From the NCBI RefSeq assembly GCF_036321535.1, contig NC_087436.1, positions 24,368,001 to 24,432,000 of the forward strand: a DNA stretch of 64,000 nucleotides. The letters run 5' to 3'. The translations under genes and the position numbers were made by a program. Below are positions 27,256-41,237 of this stretch, piece after piece (the stretch's first letter is position 1; every line of letters begins with the position of its first letter). The notes beneath the pieces are model-generated. The model did no database searches and was not told where the DNA came from. It worked only from the letters and a program-made list of their open reading frames with translations. This DNA is from Camelus dromedarius (taxonomy: Eukaryota).

Positions 27256-29738
27256 TAAGCTTGCTGATTTGAGAACTGGGCTCCTTCATCTACCTCAAAT
27301 CACAGGAGAGCACAAGACAGGGAGAAGCTGGCCTGACCACGCCTTCAGCCTTGGAGCCGACAATGAGGAGGAGCAGGAGGAAGCTGGGCGGAGTGCTGAG
27401 AGCATGGAGTCTGGAACCAGTCGGCTTGGTTTTCCTGCCTAGCTCCACTACTCACTTGCTGGTGGTCTTGGAAAAGTTGTTCTACCCCTTCAGTTGCCTC
27501 AGTTTCATACTCTGCAAAATGATAACAATACCTTCCTGACTGGGTTGGTATGAGGATGAAAAGGAAAGATTAAAAGAAAATACACATTCGATCAGCACTA
27601 TTAAGATGATGCTAAAGTTCAAAAGCATTTTCTCGGTATGTAGGACTCTGACGACATATAAGTACAGATACTATCAATTACTATACCTATTCCTGGATTC
27701 TTGAATATTAATTTGAACCAAAGAACTATTTTTATTTCCCTCTCCCCTTAAAATTATGGGAGTTTCCAGCCTTTTATATTGATTTACAGTATTTTAACAA
27801 TCTCAGCACTTTTCATTTATTCCATTTTTTTCTGTCTGGTATTCACATTTTAATTATGGTTCTGTGAACTTCTGTCCTCCATATTGATTGGCTTCTTATC
27901 CTGGCCTGAAATCTCTCTTTTTGCATAGCAGTCAGTGTCATCAGCAGATACGGAAAGTCTACTCAGACACAATGAGGCAGACAGGAAGAATAGCCACAGG
28001 CTGGAGTAGAGGGAATATGTTGGCAACCGGTGGAAAAGGGAGTGTCTGGAGAGACAGAGATAGGGAACGTGGCCAGAAATATTCAACCATCTGCAGCAGT
28101 GCCTGCTATGTTAGGCAGAACAGGGATACCAAACAAACAAGAGATGAGTAGGGCTGCAAGGTGGCAGCAGTGCCCTATGAAATTTGGGGAAAAGACAAGA
28201 GGCTGGTATCAAGGCTAAAACAGAAGGCAATAGTTTTCATCCTTGATGTTTGGACATGAACAGTTGAAACAAGGCTGCATTTTAGATGTACTAGTGGTCA
28301 AGAGCACATGCTCTGGAGAAGGATTCAATCCCCAACTCCACTGTCTACTGTGTAACTTTGAACAAGTGGCTTAACCTTTCATACCTTCAATATGAATTGT
28401 AGGATAGGATAATTATACAGACTCATAAGATTAATGAACACAAGTATCCAGCTGTATATCAATAGGGACAAATATCGTCATTACTACTGTTACTATTTAC
28501 TATTACTAAAATACTGCCACCTACTCTGATTAGCTGCCCAGTAGAAAAAAATCCCAGAGAAGAAAACAAATAAATAATTAGAAAATCAAAGCCTTTGGTT
28601 TGCTTTTCTATTTAGGGTGATCCAGGAAATGAATGGAAAGAAAAATTTTTCTAATAACTCATTTTAACTTAGTATCATGGAAGAAATAGCTTAATGTCCT
28701 TGAAAACTAGCCAGCCCACAGATGTGGAAATTTATTTCAGATCTTTCTCCATGAAAGATATTTATCTTTGCATTTTAATTAACTACTATAGCATTTATCC
28801 TGAATTTTATTAAGAAACCAATTTCAGAAACTGTAAAGATTAATCTTAAATCACTAATAAAATGTCTTCATGTACATTTCATTTGGACTCTTAATTTTAC
28901 AATAAGGATAAGGAGGCAAAATCTGCTTACAAAAATTAGTTTTAACATTGAAAATATTAGAAATTCTAACTAGAATAAAGTGTAATCCATCTTCAACACT
29001 TCAAATATTTTCAAAAAGCAATAAAATGCTCTTTAAAAGTAATTCATTTATGGATGTTATTAATAAAACGCTTCCAACTAAAGCACTATTTTAAAGAGAA
29101 GGCTGATTTTTAAATATACCAAGAACTCAAGTTAGGAAATGACTTTAAGTATTTGTTTTCCTAGAAAATATTACATGGTAAAATTACACATGCAATTCAT
29201 GAGGATTTGACTTCCCATCTTTATTAAAAACTTTATATGTTCTGCTTGTTTTACCTGACTGCATTTGATGGTACAAATTTCATTCTCAAAAATCATTTCA
29301 TTGGATTCTGGACACTTAACATGTTCCTCCAAAATTATTTTGGTTTTCATCATTCTCTCAGGCAGGCCTCTTATAACTTGTTTAATATATAAGGTTTAAG
29401 AGTCTGATTCATAAAAGGCAAGATGGTACCTAAACAAAACTTGAGTTTGGGGACTGGGTTCCTTTGCAGACCCAGAGTATGGGAGAATGATAATTATCTT
29501 TGGAGAAGCCCAGAAAGGGGCCATGGTGGGGATGGATACAGCAGTTCACAAGTAAGGTAGGTTAATACCAACATATAACTGAACAATTGCCCAGAACCAC
29601 TTATTCTTTAAAGAGAGGCAAAAAAGAGTGATTTTTCTGGCTGTTGTTACATAGTTGTTGGTAACCTGGGGTTTGCCCATCTGCAATGAGGGAATCCAAC
29701 AAGTTTAAAGACTATGTTAGTCACTCAAAATTCACTGC

Positions 29739-29950
29739 TGTGGAAGGCCCTTGTGGTACCCAGCTTCCAGCATGGCCCCAGTGATCCTCATCAAGGTGAT
29801 CACGTCCCTGTGTAGTGCCCTCCCACACTGAGTTAGTAGTGCCTTGTGTAACCAGTAGAATAGGGCCTAAGTGATGGTGTATGACTCCAGAGGCTGGTCA
29901 CAAAAGGCAGCATGGCATTCCCTTTTTCTTACTAGGATTACTCACTTTGA
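29739..29950 (+). mobile_element. MaLR LTR 5' fragment (MLT1F-like)
   Basis: ATGGCCCCAGTGATCC...CCCTCCCACACTGA...TTGTGTAACCAGTAGAAT...AAGTGATGGTGTATGACT. Confidence 0.6.
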
Positions 29951-32549
29951 AATGTTATAAGCTTTATTTAATCAACGGTAACTTAAAGTGTCCAAAGATT
30001 CACCCAAGAATGAGAATTTCCAGTTTGGGAGGGGAAAATGATTTACTGGCTACCACTCAGAGAATTTAGTCTTCTCTTGTGTTCCTCATGTTGACTGTCA
30101 CTCCCACCCTTAAAGTGGGTCCAAAAGGGTCTTTCCCTTGCTTAACATTCTGGTATAAAAGTGGGGACAACCTCTTCCCTTGGTTAGCTTATCACAGTGA
30201 AGACAGGCTGACATTTAAAGAGAGACTTTCTTAGATAATTAGAGAAAACAAAGGGAAAATAAACAGAGAAAAGAAGTACAGAAAAGCATTCTACCTAGTC
30301 CACATATTATCTAATCTTTATATCTATTTACATGCATGTATATGTACATAAATGCACAGAAAAAGTCTTAAGTTTAATGCTAAACTATCATTTATCGTTA
30401 TTTGTGTAACAGTGGAGGTATGGGATGGCTGGGTATTTGTGGAGTATGAGGGGTGGAAAGAAAAGTCGAGAAGGAAAGGAGACTTGGCTGTTTAAAAAGT
30501 ATTTTGTATTATTTGAAAATTGATGAGAATATATTAATGAATCACTTGTGTAATTAAAAAATTAACTGTGTAATATGAAAAAACAGGAGCAAAAGCAATC
30601 TAGTTACTACATAAAGATCTCCTATTCTGTGATCATTATAGGACTACTGGCCACATCAGCCCTTTCCTACTGAAGCTGAGGTCTTTAGAATGCTTTGCTA
30701 CAAACTTTTTGAGTTTCTTACTTTATCAGCTTCCATAAGGGATGTCTTTCCAAGACCACTACCAAAGAGTTGCCTGAGAGACATGCTTGGCACCTTCAAG
30801 GCCAAAACACAGTGCTTAAAACAATTCTTTTTTTTCTTTGCAGATCACTGGCTTCAAGCTGCTAGAGATGCTTCAGACCCACTCCATGTCTCTCATTCTG
30901 CCAGCAGACTACCCAGGCGCGTTCTTCACATTGTGAAAGTGTGAGAGAGGCAAGCAGCAACATGTGATAGCTCCTAAGGTCAGGCTCAGAACTGTCACAC
31001 TGTTACCCATACTCCTTTGGCCAAAAGCAAGTGGAATGATCTAAGTCCAACATCAGTGGAATGGAGAAACATTGTCTCTAATGAGAAGAACTACAAGGCC
31101 ACATTTCAAAGGGCCTCCACAGAGCAGTGAAAAATTGGGAACACTAATGTTATTTACCACTGGGACTTTCTACCTGGGATTTTCCAGCTTACTTTCAACT
31201 GACAGTAGCGGAGGTGTATTTCCTCTCGTGGTAGCTGAACAGGAATGATTTGACCCAGCAGATGAGATCTGTTCCTAACAATACAAATCAAATGTTGTTG
31301 TATGCTCCTTAATATGCCATGTTATTGTCACCGAGATGCAGCCGTACTGATTAATTCATTACAAATATCAAAGTGGGTAATGGTTCCCTTAAGTGATAGG
31401 TTATTTTACAGGAAATAGGGGATTAGAAATACTGCTCCAGAAAGGATGCTGTTTGCAGTGTCCTGTTTAATGTGTAATGTTTGAATATTACATAAATTCT
31501 TTATCCAAAAGAATGCCAAGAACCGCCATGTTTTAGATCTCGGGAATCCATGAAACTTGGGAAGAGTTCAGAGGATCTTAGACTAACCCTATTTACTATC
31601 CAGATTTCCCCTATGTTTAAAAGTAAAAAATCTCTTAAGAAGTCCCCAGAAGAGAGGAAAGAATCCTTCCCCTCCCCTCCTCTCCTTCCTACCCCTGTAA
31701 ATAAACAGGCATTAATAGCTTAAACAAAAAGAATGAAAAGATTTAAGTTCTTCGGTTCTTCAGAGTAGGGCCTCCCCCTGGTTCTATGACATTTGAGCCC
31801 TACTCTAGGGTTATTTCCATGGTTTCCACGTTACTTTCAAGAACAGCCACCACTTGTATTCCTCAGGGTTTCTTCTTCGCTCAGGACTGGTTGTGGAGCC
31901 GCAAAAAGAGTAGTCTGGAGCCCGGAAACCAACCTGGGGAATACTGCACCAGGTCCACCGGAGTGAGGCTGCAGAAGCCCGAGAGGGGAGCAGAATCGGC
32001 CCCCACGCACACTGGGACAGTCACTGCTCTTTGTTAAACAAATACAAGAATATGCGGCGGCGGCGGCGAAGGGTGGTAGTGGGGGAATAGATGGAGGCGT
32101 TTGTATTCATAAATGCGTAAGAAAGATCATTAACAAGGCGCTCCAAACGCAGGACAACCCAGGACACCGTGTCATCGGCTTTTGTGCACTTGAAGGCGGC
32201 TAAGTGCCCTGCTCAGAGGTTCCCCTTTGTGTGAAAGTAGGGAAACCAGAAGCGTGCAGCTACTGCTGCGTTTTCATTTTCGAATTCGCAGGCACTTGGA
32301 CTAAAATACTCCCGCACCAACACACTCCCGCATTCTCACATCGACATTCCTCGGACTTCAGTTACTTCTTCGTCCGTCGACGACCGAGCGAGGGGTGACA
32401 ATGGCTCAATGCGGGGGCCCGCAGCTCTGGGGGCAGCGCCAAGGGGCCGCCCGCCGCGCTCCGCAGCTGCGCGCTGAGCCCCACCGTCGGCCCGTCAGCA
32501 AACGCGGGCACCAACCGCCGCGCAGCCCGGCCGTTGGGCGGGTGGTAAT

Positions 32550-32569
32550 TTCTGGGAATGGGGCGGGGC
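32550..32569 (+). promoter_or_regulatory. STAT/GAS-type site TTCTGGGAA next to Sp/KLF GC box GGGGCGGGGC
   Basis: Exact matches to TTCN3GAA (32550-32558) and the GC box (32560-32569); binding not shown. Confidence 0.45.
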
Positions 32570-33199
32570 CCGCTGGGTACAAGGCCCAGGGTTTGCAAGC
32601 GGGGAGGAGGAGGAAGAGAAGGAGGAGGAGGAGCGGGCGGCGCCGAGGGGCGCGTGGAGGGCCGGGTTGGGCGCCACGAGCGTCACGGGCCGGGGGCGGG
32701 GCCGGCGGCTCGCTTCTGCGGGCCCGCGCCCCCACCTTCCATTTAGCCTAGGCTGAAGAGTGGAGACCGGAGGGGTCCGGGCTAGGAGTTTCAACAACCT
32801 CCGACCCCCAGTAACTGTCAGGCTGCCCGAGTGCGGAGCCGTCTCTTGAGGAGAAAGGGGGGGAGTCTAGAGCTGGGGATGGGGTGACAGCTGGGGCCCG
32901 CGGGGGGGCCTCAGAGGGTGTGTGCGTGCGGTCCGGGCAGGCGGGCGGGCGCTGCAGGTGCACGGGCTGCCCCGCCGCCCCCACCCGCCTGCCTGCACTT
33001 GGGAACCCCCGCTCCAGTCCCGGAGTCGGGAGCGGGATGGGGGAGCCCCGAGCAGGGAGCGGGACAAGTGGGGAGAGACTTTACCTGAGAAGGCGGGTTT
33101 CAGAGAAGTTGAGGGCTACCGGCCGGGCGAGATTCGGGAGAGCCACCGAGGCATGTTGGGCGGGCTGGTGGGGGCCGAAGGCGGCAGAACCCCGCGAGG

Positions 33200-33207
33200 T
33201 ATAAATA
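33200..33207 (+). promoter_or_regulatory. TATA-box-like element TATAAATA in CpG island
   Basis: Isolated AT octamer matching TATAWAW in GC-rich context, ~460 bp upstream of the exon 1 donor. Confidence 0.45.
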
Positions 33208-33534
33208 GCCGGCCAGGGTTTGACAGGCGTGGCGGTGACTGGCGGTGCCGCCCCCCCCTCGCCGCGTGGGGAGGGGAGGAGCGCTCGGAGCGGGCGGGGT
33301 GGGGGAGGCGGACTCGAGTGTCCTGGTGGCGGCGGCAGGAGGCCGAGGGGGAGGAGCCGAGGCGGGGGGTGAGGGAGGGGGCCGGGAGCGGGACGAGGGC
33401 GGGGGCCACCATTGCTCCCCGCGCCTGGCTCACTGTCGCCGCCGTCGCCGCGGCGGTTGGGGGTCGGTGGGGCGGCGCAGGCGGGGGTCTCTGCGCGGGG
33501 CGGCGCGCCGCTGTTTTGTCTCCTCCTCTCCCAG

Positions 33535-33662
33535 TGGAGCGGCTCGGGCTGCTGGGGAGGCCCCGGCTCCCTCCGGACGGCCGGCCAACGGCGGCGGCTA
33601 GTCCGCGGCCCTGCCGGGAGGGAAAGCGACGCCGCGGTCTTCCCGGGCGACGCGGAGAGCAG
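33535..33662 (+). other. ELF2: ELF2 exon 1 (5'UTR, GC-rich); 3' end firm, 5' end uncertain
   Basis: Consensus donor CAG|GTAAGA at 33662/33663 inside the CpG island. Start set at an acceptor-like site; true TSS(s) may be further upstream. Confidence 0.7.
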
Positions 33663-35459
33663 GTAAGAGCGCGGGCCGCTGAGGCTGGTGGGAGGGAGCT
33701 CGGAGGGTGCGGCGAGAAAGCCTCGCTGTCCCGAGTGCCGCCACCTCCCTCCGCGTCCCCGCCCCGCGCCTGTGTTGTTTGCGGAGGGTTTTCCGGAGGC
33801 TGTGGCGGTGACACCGACTGGGAGCTGGGGAAGGGGGCTGAGTGCCCCCGGGCAACGGTCGGGGAGCAGGACTTGGAGAAAGGGGAAGGCGCGCGGCGCG
33901 TCCGCCCGCGGGGCGCGCGGTGCGCGGGGCAGGGCTGAGGGAAGAGGTTACGGACCCCGGCGGTGGGGGGGATGGGCCGAGCGCAGCTGGTCTCGCTGTG
34001 TTTACATCGCCGCGCGAGTCACCTCTGCCGAGAAGCGGACTGAACTGACCTGCCTTGTCCCGCGGGGAGGCCAGGGCGGGGGTCCGGCTCCGGAGGAAGC
34101 GCGTCCTGGGAGGGTCGGGTAGGGCGGGAGGCTGCGGCCGGCGCCGGGGCGGGACCTGGGAGGCTCTGGCCGCGTGGGGTGGCGTGGAGGGCTGGAGACC
34201 AGTTTCCTTCCCTGTCGGGCCTCGCCGCCCCCTCTTACCTTTCCTGCCCTCCGCGGCTAGCTGGCACGGCAGGTTGTAGTCGGTCATTCTTTTATTCTCC
34301 CTCTCCACGCCGGCCCCCTGCTGCCACTTCCCCCTATTCCCCGGGGGTGGGGAGGCTGGGCTCTGATAGGAATCTGTTTTTTAAACAAAACAAAAACGGG
34401 CTCTGTAACACGCGCGTCCAGTGACCGCCTTCTGGATCCTCTCCTCTCGAAGCTGGTTCTCGGGGACGGTGCTCCTGGGTGTTTCGGGGGCGCGGTAGGA
34501 GGACGGTGAGGGCTTTGCTAGGGTTGATACTGACTGCCCAGGCAGCTTTGCGAGCAGGGTAGCTGGAGTCCCCTCTCTTGCTCCATTTGGGCATTTTTAT
34601 TCCATGTCAATAAAGGACAGAGAAAATATTCCATTACCCTAAGAGTAATCCAGATTGCACAGTTTCCAGTGTTTCTTATGTGCCAGCATCCTGGGCTCTT
34701 GTTTTCTAGGATCTAGCTACGCTGCAGAATAGCCTTTCTTTAAGTTCTTGGTACTTGATTAAATGAGTAAGAGGGGGGCACTTTATTGTAAAAGTGAATT
34801 TCACCCCCTTTCTTGTGCTCATGAACATTTATTTCAGCTGTGTGGTTTAAATTTTAATCCAGTGATGATAGGATAGTAATCTGGTGTTTGGTAATCAGAT
34901 TTGCTTTTCTTTTTATTTGTGAGTCTCTGTCGAGAGTAAATAATGCACTTTGTCTAGTGCCGTAATCACAGAATAGTGGCAGAATCACAGAAAAATATAC
35001 ATTTTACCAAGATAGGACTGAATATTTGAGTTTCAGAGTTTATTCCTTTCTTCAAAAGGTAGAATGACATTGTGTAAGACTAGAAACTATTGAATTACTT
35101 TTAAAGGGTTTTAGGAATAAAGTTTATATGTAGTGTAATATAGTTTACACATTGAGTTCATATGAATATTGTTGAAATATCTCCTAGTAAACACGTAAAG
35201 TAGAAAATTGAAATACTTTAGGCATTTGGAATTTGAAAATTTAACGTCAACCTATTGTTTAATCTTAGTGCTGGAACTAATTACTTTGATTAATCATTGC
35301 TTTTCATTTCAGATATATGTATACTAATTTACAAAATAATCACAGTAGGTTGTAAAGAATTTATTTTTCTATCCTAAGTAGATAGTAACTGTGGCTGTGG
35401 TAGGGCCTATCAGTGTTGATGGCTTTACCTGCTAACAGATTGTACACTAAGGTTTGTTG

Positions 35460-38400
35460 TTTTTTTAGCTAACAGCTTTATTGATATATAATTCACCCAC
35501 CATTCAGTTCACAATTTAAAATATACAGTTAAGTGGTTTTTTAATACATTCACTAAGGAACTATCACTATAATCAGTTTTAAAACATTTTCATCACCCCC
35601 AAAAAGGAACCTCACACCCATTAGGTGTCACTCTCCACTTTCCCTCCAAACCCCTAGTCCTAGGCAACCACTAATCTACTCTCTGTTTCTATAGATTTGC
35701 CCATTCTGGGCATTTTATATAAATGGAATCGTACAGTGTGTGACCTTTCATGATTGCTTTCTTTGACTTAGCATAATGTTTTTGGAGTTCATCCATGTTG
35801 TAGCATGTGTCATTGTTTTATTTCTTTTTGTTGAAGAGAAATACTCCATTGTATTGATATACCACATTATTTATCCACTAATTAGTTGGTAGACATTTGA
35901 GTTTCCACTTTTTAGCTATTACAAATAATGCTGCTCAGCACATTTGTGTACAAGTTTTTGTGTGGACATGTTTTCATTTCTCTTGGGTATTTACACTTTT
36001 TTAAAAAAAATTAGCCTTTTGAGTTACCATTTAATATCAGAAATTCATTTTGAGTGCAAAATTTAATAATTTTTTAGTAAATATATTGATTTGTTAAACT
36101 ATCACCACAAACCAGTTTTAGAACATTTCTATCACTTCTAAAAATTCCCTCTGGCCTCTGCAGTTAGCACTTAAACTCACTTCTGGCCTAGGCAGCCACT
36201 GATTTCTTTTTTGTCTCTATGTATTTGCCTTTTCTGGATATTTGGTATAAGTGGAAACATACAATATATAGTCACAAACATAATATGCAGTGCTTTCACT
36301 TAGCATAATGTTTTTTGGGCTTCATCCATATTGTAGCATGTGTCAGTATTTTGTTCCTTTTTATTGCTAAATAGTATTTTATTATATGGATATGCCACAT
36401 TTTGTTTATCTTTTTATCACTTAATGGGTGTTTGGATTATTTCCACCTTTTTGACTGTTGCAGATAATGTAGCTTGAAAGTTTGAGTACAAGTCTATGAT
36501 GATGTACGGTTTCATTCTCTTGGGTAGATGCTAGGAATAGATTTGCTGGGTCATCTGTTTAACTTTTTAAGAAACTGCCAAACTGAATTCTAAAGTGACC
36601 TTACATTTTACCTTCCTAACAGCAATGTATGAATGAGAGTTACAGTTTTTTTCACATCTTTGCCAACACTTGTTATTATCTGTCTATTGTAATGTAGCCA
36701 TTTTGCTGGGTGTGAAGCATTTAACTAATTGTAGTTTTAATTTGAATTGTTCCTAAAGATGCAAGCTGTTGAGTATTTTTTCATATGATTACTCATGCCT
36801 ATATCCTTTCGAGTGAAATTCAAGTCTTTTGCCTGTTTTTTATTTGTCTTATTATTATTGAGTTTAAAGAGTTTTTTATACATTCTGGATGCAAGCCCTT
36901 TATTAGATGCATGATTTAAAATATTTTCTCCCAGTCCATGTCTTTTTTCACTTTTTTATTGGAGTCTTTTAAAGCACAGAAGTTTTGATTTTGATGAAGC
37001 TTAAGTTTCCCAATTTTTCTTTTATAGATCATGCTTTTGTTGTTTTGAGAACTCTGCCTAATCCAAGGTCTTGAGGATTTTCTCCTTTGTTTTCTTCTAG
37101 ATGTTTTATAGTTTTTGCTCTTATATTTAGATTTATGATCTGTTTTGAGTTGATTTTTATGTATGGTGTGAAATAAGGGTCTAAAGTCATCTGTTTTATA
37201 TGGATTGTCTTAGCACCATTTGTCAAAAAGACTATCATTTCTCCATTGATTGTAAATGTAAAGATTTAATTCTGGACTCTCAATTCTGTTTCATTATCTA
37301 TATGTCTATCCTTATGCTAGTACCACTCTGTCTTGATTACTGTGCCTTATGGTAATTTATGAAACCAGGTACTGTAAGCCCTTCAATTTTGTCCTTGTTT
37401 TTAAAAATTGTGGCTATTCTGGGTCCTATATAAAATTTTTAGGATCAACTTGTCAGTGTCTGCAAAAATGTCTTGAAATTTTGATGAGGAATACATTGAA
37501 TCTATAGATCAGTTTGAGATGAATTACCATCTTACATTATTGGCTTTTCTAATCCATGAACATGAAAATTTCTTTTCACATACAAATCTTTTACTTTAAA
37601 AAAAAATTTACTGTGGTGAGAACACTTAACAGGAGATCATCTACGCTAGCTTTTTAAGAATATGATATGGTGCTCTTAACTATAGGTACAATATCGTATA
37701 GCAGATTTCTGTATTTGGTAGAGAGTTCCTTTTTAATACTATTTTGTTCAGAGTTTTTATCATAAATAGGTATTGGATTTTATCAAATGCTTTTTCTGCA
37801 TCTCTTAGCATGACCCACTGTCACAGTTTGGTCATAACCCTCCTGGTTTTAGTACTGAAAGTCCTGCATCTTTGGGAACACTTCAGTCCCAGGCAGACCA
37901 GTATGGTTTGGTCACCTTAATGTCTGAGATGAATATGTGATTTCTTTCCCTTACTGCATTAATTTGGTGTATTACATTAATTGATTTTTAGCAGTTAAAC
38001 CAGTCTTACATTCCTAAGACAAATCTCACTTGGTCATGGTACATAATTCTTATTATATGTTGCTGGATTAAGTTTGCTAATGTTTAGTTGAACATTTTTG
38101 TGTCTATATTTATGAGAAATACTGTTCTGTAGTTTTCTTTTCTTGTGTTGTCTTTGAATTTTGTAACACAGTAATATGTAGTAACCTCATAGAATAAAGA
38201 GATGTTACCTCTTCAATTTTCTGTAAGAGTTTGTGAGGAATTGGTATTATTACCTTCTTGAATATATTTAATTGAATCCACCAGTGAAAGAAAGCATCTG
38301 GGCCTAGATTTTTCTCTTTGGGAAATTTTTAAACTATTAATTCAGATTTTACTGCTAAGTTTTGAGTTACTTTCAGTAATTGTGTTTTTTTAGGTATTTG

Positions 38401-40790
38401 TCCATTTCACCTAAGCTAATATTTTTAGCATATGTTTTGTAATATTCCTGTATATGCTTTTAATTTTGCTAGCGTAGGTAGTGATGCTGCTCTTTCCTAA
38501 TTTTGGTAGCCCGTGTCTTCTCTCTTTTTCAGTTGGTCATTTTAGCTAAAGGTTTGTCAATTTTGTTGCTCTTTTCAAAGAAACAAGTTTTGGTTCAACT
38601 GATTTTTTTTTCCAATACTGTTTTCTATTTCACTGATTTCCTTTTTAATCTTCATAATTTCCTTCCTTTGCTTGCTTTAGGTTTAGTTCACTTTCGTTTT
38701 TCTAGTGTCTTAAGGTAGAAGCCTAGGTTACTGGTTTGAGATCTTTCTTCTTTTCTGATGTATGCATGTGGAACTATACATTTCCTTCCAAACACTGTTA
38801 GCTGCCATACGTTTTTATATGCCTGCTTTTAAAATTTTGCATTTATTTTTCCTAATTTCATTTGTGATTTCTTCTTTGACGCATGGGCTATTTAGAAATG
38901 TACTGTTTAATTTCCAATTATTTGAGGATTCCCTAAATTTCATTGTTGTTGATTTCTAATTTAATTCCCCTGTAGTGAGAGAACATACTTTTTACATGAT
39001 TTTTCTCATTTTAAATTTATTGAGACATTCTTGTGGCCTAGCATGTAATCTATTCTGAAGAATATCCTATGTGCTCATAGAGATATTCTGTTGTTGGGTA
39101 GAATATTTTGTAGGTGTCAGGTCAAATTGGTTCTTTGTGCTGATTTTCTGTCTAGCCATTCTGTCAGTTATTGTGGTTGAGATATGAAAATTTCTATTGA
39201 AGTGTCTAATTTTCTTTTCAGTACTGTCAATTTTGCTTCGTATTTTTGGGGCACTGGAGTTAGGTATGATATACATATACAATAATACATATACAAACAT
39301 CTTACTGACAAATTGACTTTTTTTGCATCATTATGAAAGATCCCTCTTTGTCTCTAGTAGTGTTTTGTCTGGTGTTAGTATAGCTCTCTTAAGCATTGCA
39401 TATCTTTTGCCATCCTTTTACCTTCATCCTATTTGTTTTTGAATCTAAAGTGTGTCATACAGACAACATGTAGTTAAATTGCTTAAAAAAAATAGTCTGA
39501 CCATTTCTGCCTTTTGTTTGGAGAGTATAATCTGTTCTCATTTAATGTAATCATTGATTGTCAGATTTATGCAACTTTGCTAGTTATTTTCTATATGTTT
39601 CATTTCTTTTTTATATCTTTGTCCTTACTGCCTCTTCTGAAGGTAACAGATATTTTCTAGGGTATCATTTTAATTCCTTTGTTAGCTTCTTAACTGGATT
39701 TTTAAAGTTATTTTTTTAGGTTGCTCTAGGGTTTATAATATATGTCTTAATTTATCACAGTTGACTAATTTAGTTATAGTAAAATAAAGAAATTTTGCTT
39801 CATTTTCTCCCTCCTCCTGTCTTAGTATTGCCATGCATATTAAATTTTTATGTATTAGATGCTCAACAGTACAGTTTTATATTTTTATTGCAATTGTATG
39901 TCTTTTAAAATAGTTAAGAGAAGAAAAAAAAATTTAAAGTGTTTTATATTTACACATGTATTTATTTTTTATGTATTTTTTATTTCTTGTTACGTATTTG
40001 CATTATGGGTTAGTTATTTCCTTCCAGTCTGGTGGGCTTCCTTTTGGATATCTTGTAAGGAATTTCTGTTATTAATGAATTATCTCAGCCTTTGTTTCTT
40101 TGAATTGTTTTTATTTTGTCTTTATTTTTGAAGAATAGTTTTGCTGGATATAGAATTCTTTGTTACAAATTTCTTTCTCTCTAGGCATTTTCAATATGTC
40201 ATCTCCTGCTTTCTGGCCTCCATTATTTCTGATGAGTTGTTTTTCTCTTCATGCTTTAAAGATTTTCTATCTGTAGTCAACAGTTTTACTGTGATGTATG
40301 TAGGTATGGATCTCTTTGTCCTACTTTATCCTACTTTCGATTCATGAAACTTAAATGTATTAGATTAACATTTTTGACAATTTGATAAATTTTGACAGTA
40401 ATTTCCTTAGATATTTTTTCTGTCCTTTTCTCCCTCTCCCTTTCTTCTGGAACTCTCATTAATGTATGTTGGTCTGCTTGATGGTATTCCTAAGTCTCTG
40501 AGGCTCTGTTCATTTAAAACATTTTTTTATTTTTCTTTTCTGTACTTCAGAATTGGTAATTTCCATTGATATATTTTAAAGTGCATTGGCTCTTTCTTCT
40601 GTCGTCTCCAAAATGCTTTTGAGCTCAGCTAGTGAATTTAAAATTTGTGTTCTTCTACTTTTCAACTATGGAATTGTTATACTTTTCAACTCCAGGATTC
40701 CCATTTTATTCTTTTTTTAAAAATAGTATCTGTATCTTTACAGGATACATCTGTATCCTATTCTATGAGTTATAGGTCTCACACTCCTTT
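35460..40790 (-). mobile_element. Cluster of old antisense L1 fragments in ELF2 intron 1
   Basis: Repeated antisense L1 3'UTR motifs; minus ORF 37029-37238 (LDPYFTPYIKINSK.I.NLNIR..TIK.LEENKGE) is an L1 ORF2 remnant. Confidence 0.85.
37806..37919 (-). mobile_element. hAT-Blackjack MITE (MER81-like) nested in L1
   Basis: Minus strand reads AAGGTGACCAAACC...GCCTGGGACTGA...GGACTTTCAGTACTAAAACC; ~115 bp. Confidence 0.7.
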
Positions 40791-41103
40791 AATTCTTTAA
40801 ACATGATTTCTTCATTTGGAGATAAAATTAAATTTTAGTTGGAGATAATATCTTAACTATGTGTTAAATTCTAAAATGGAGTTTGTTTTATTTTTAAATT
40901 ATATTCACTATTTTTATCTATTTCATGACACATGTGAAAGTACATTACTCATAAATGCTAAATTGCGTGTATAGTTTATATTTGAACATAATAATTTACT
41001 ATAACTTTATTGGTAAGTAGGATCAGTGTATAACTTGAAAGACATGCCATTATTAAACCTTAGTTCAGTCTCTGAACTGATTATACAGTATAACGTCTAC
41101 TTG

Positions 41104-41237
41104 TTTTTTTTTTTTTTTTTGAGGGGGGAGGTAATTAGGTTTGTTTGTTTATTTATTTAATGGCAGTACTGGGGATTGAAACCATGACCTAGTGCATATT
41201 AGGCATACACTCTACCACTGAGCCGTACCCTCCCCCC
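41104..41237 (-). mobile_element. tRNA-derived SINE (Vic-1-like)
   Basis: Consensus match; TSD TAACGTCTACT at 41091 and 41239. Confidence 0.9.

Larger units (their letters stand above)
31900..34560. promoter_or_regulatory. CpG island / ELF2 promoter
   Basis: Abrupt switch to very GC-rich, CpG-dense sequence against AT-rich, CpG-poor flanks; many GC boxes; contains the exon 1 donor. Confidence 0.95.

Noticed and set aside
32362..34594. Many long overlapping ORFs on both strands (up to 338 aa)
   Set aside because: Low-complexity R/G/A/P translations expected from stop-poor GC-rich DNA; mostly non-ATG starts; no recognisable domain.
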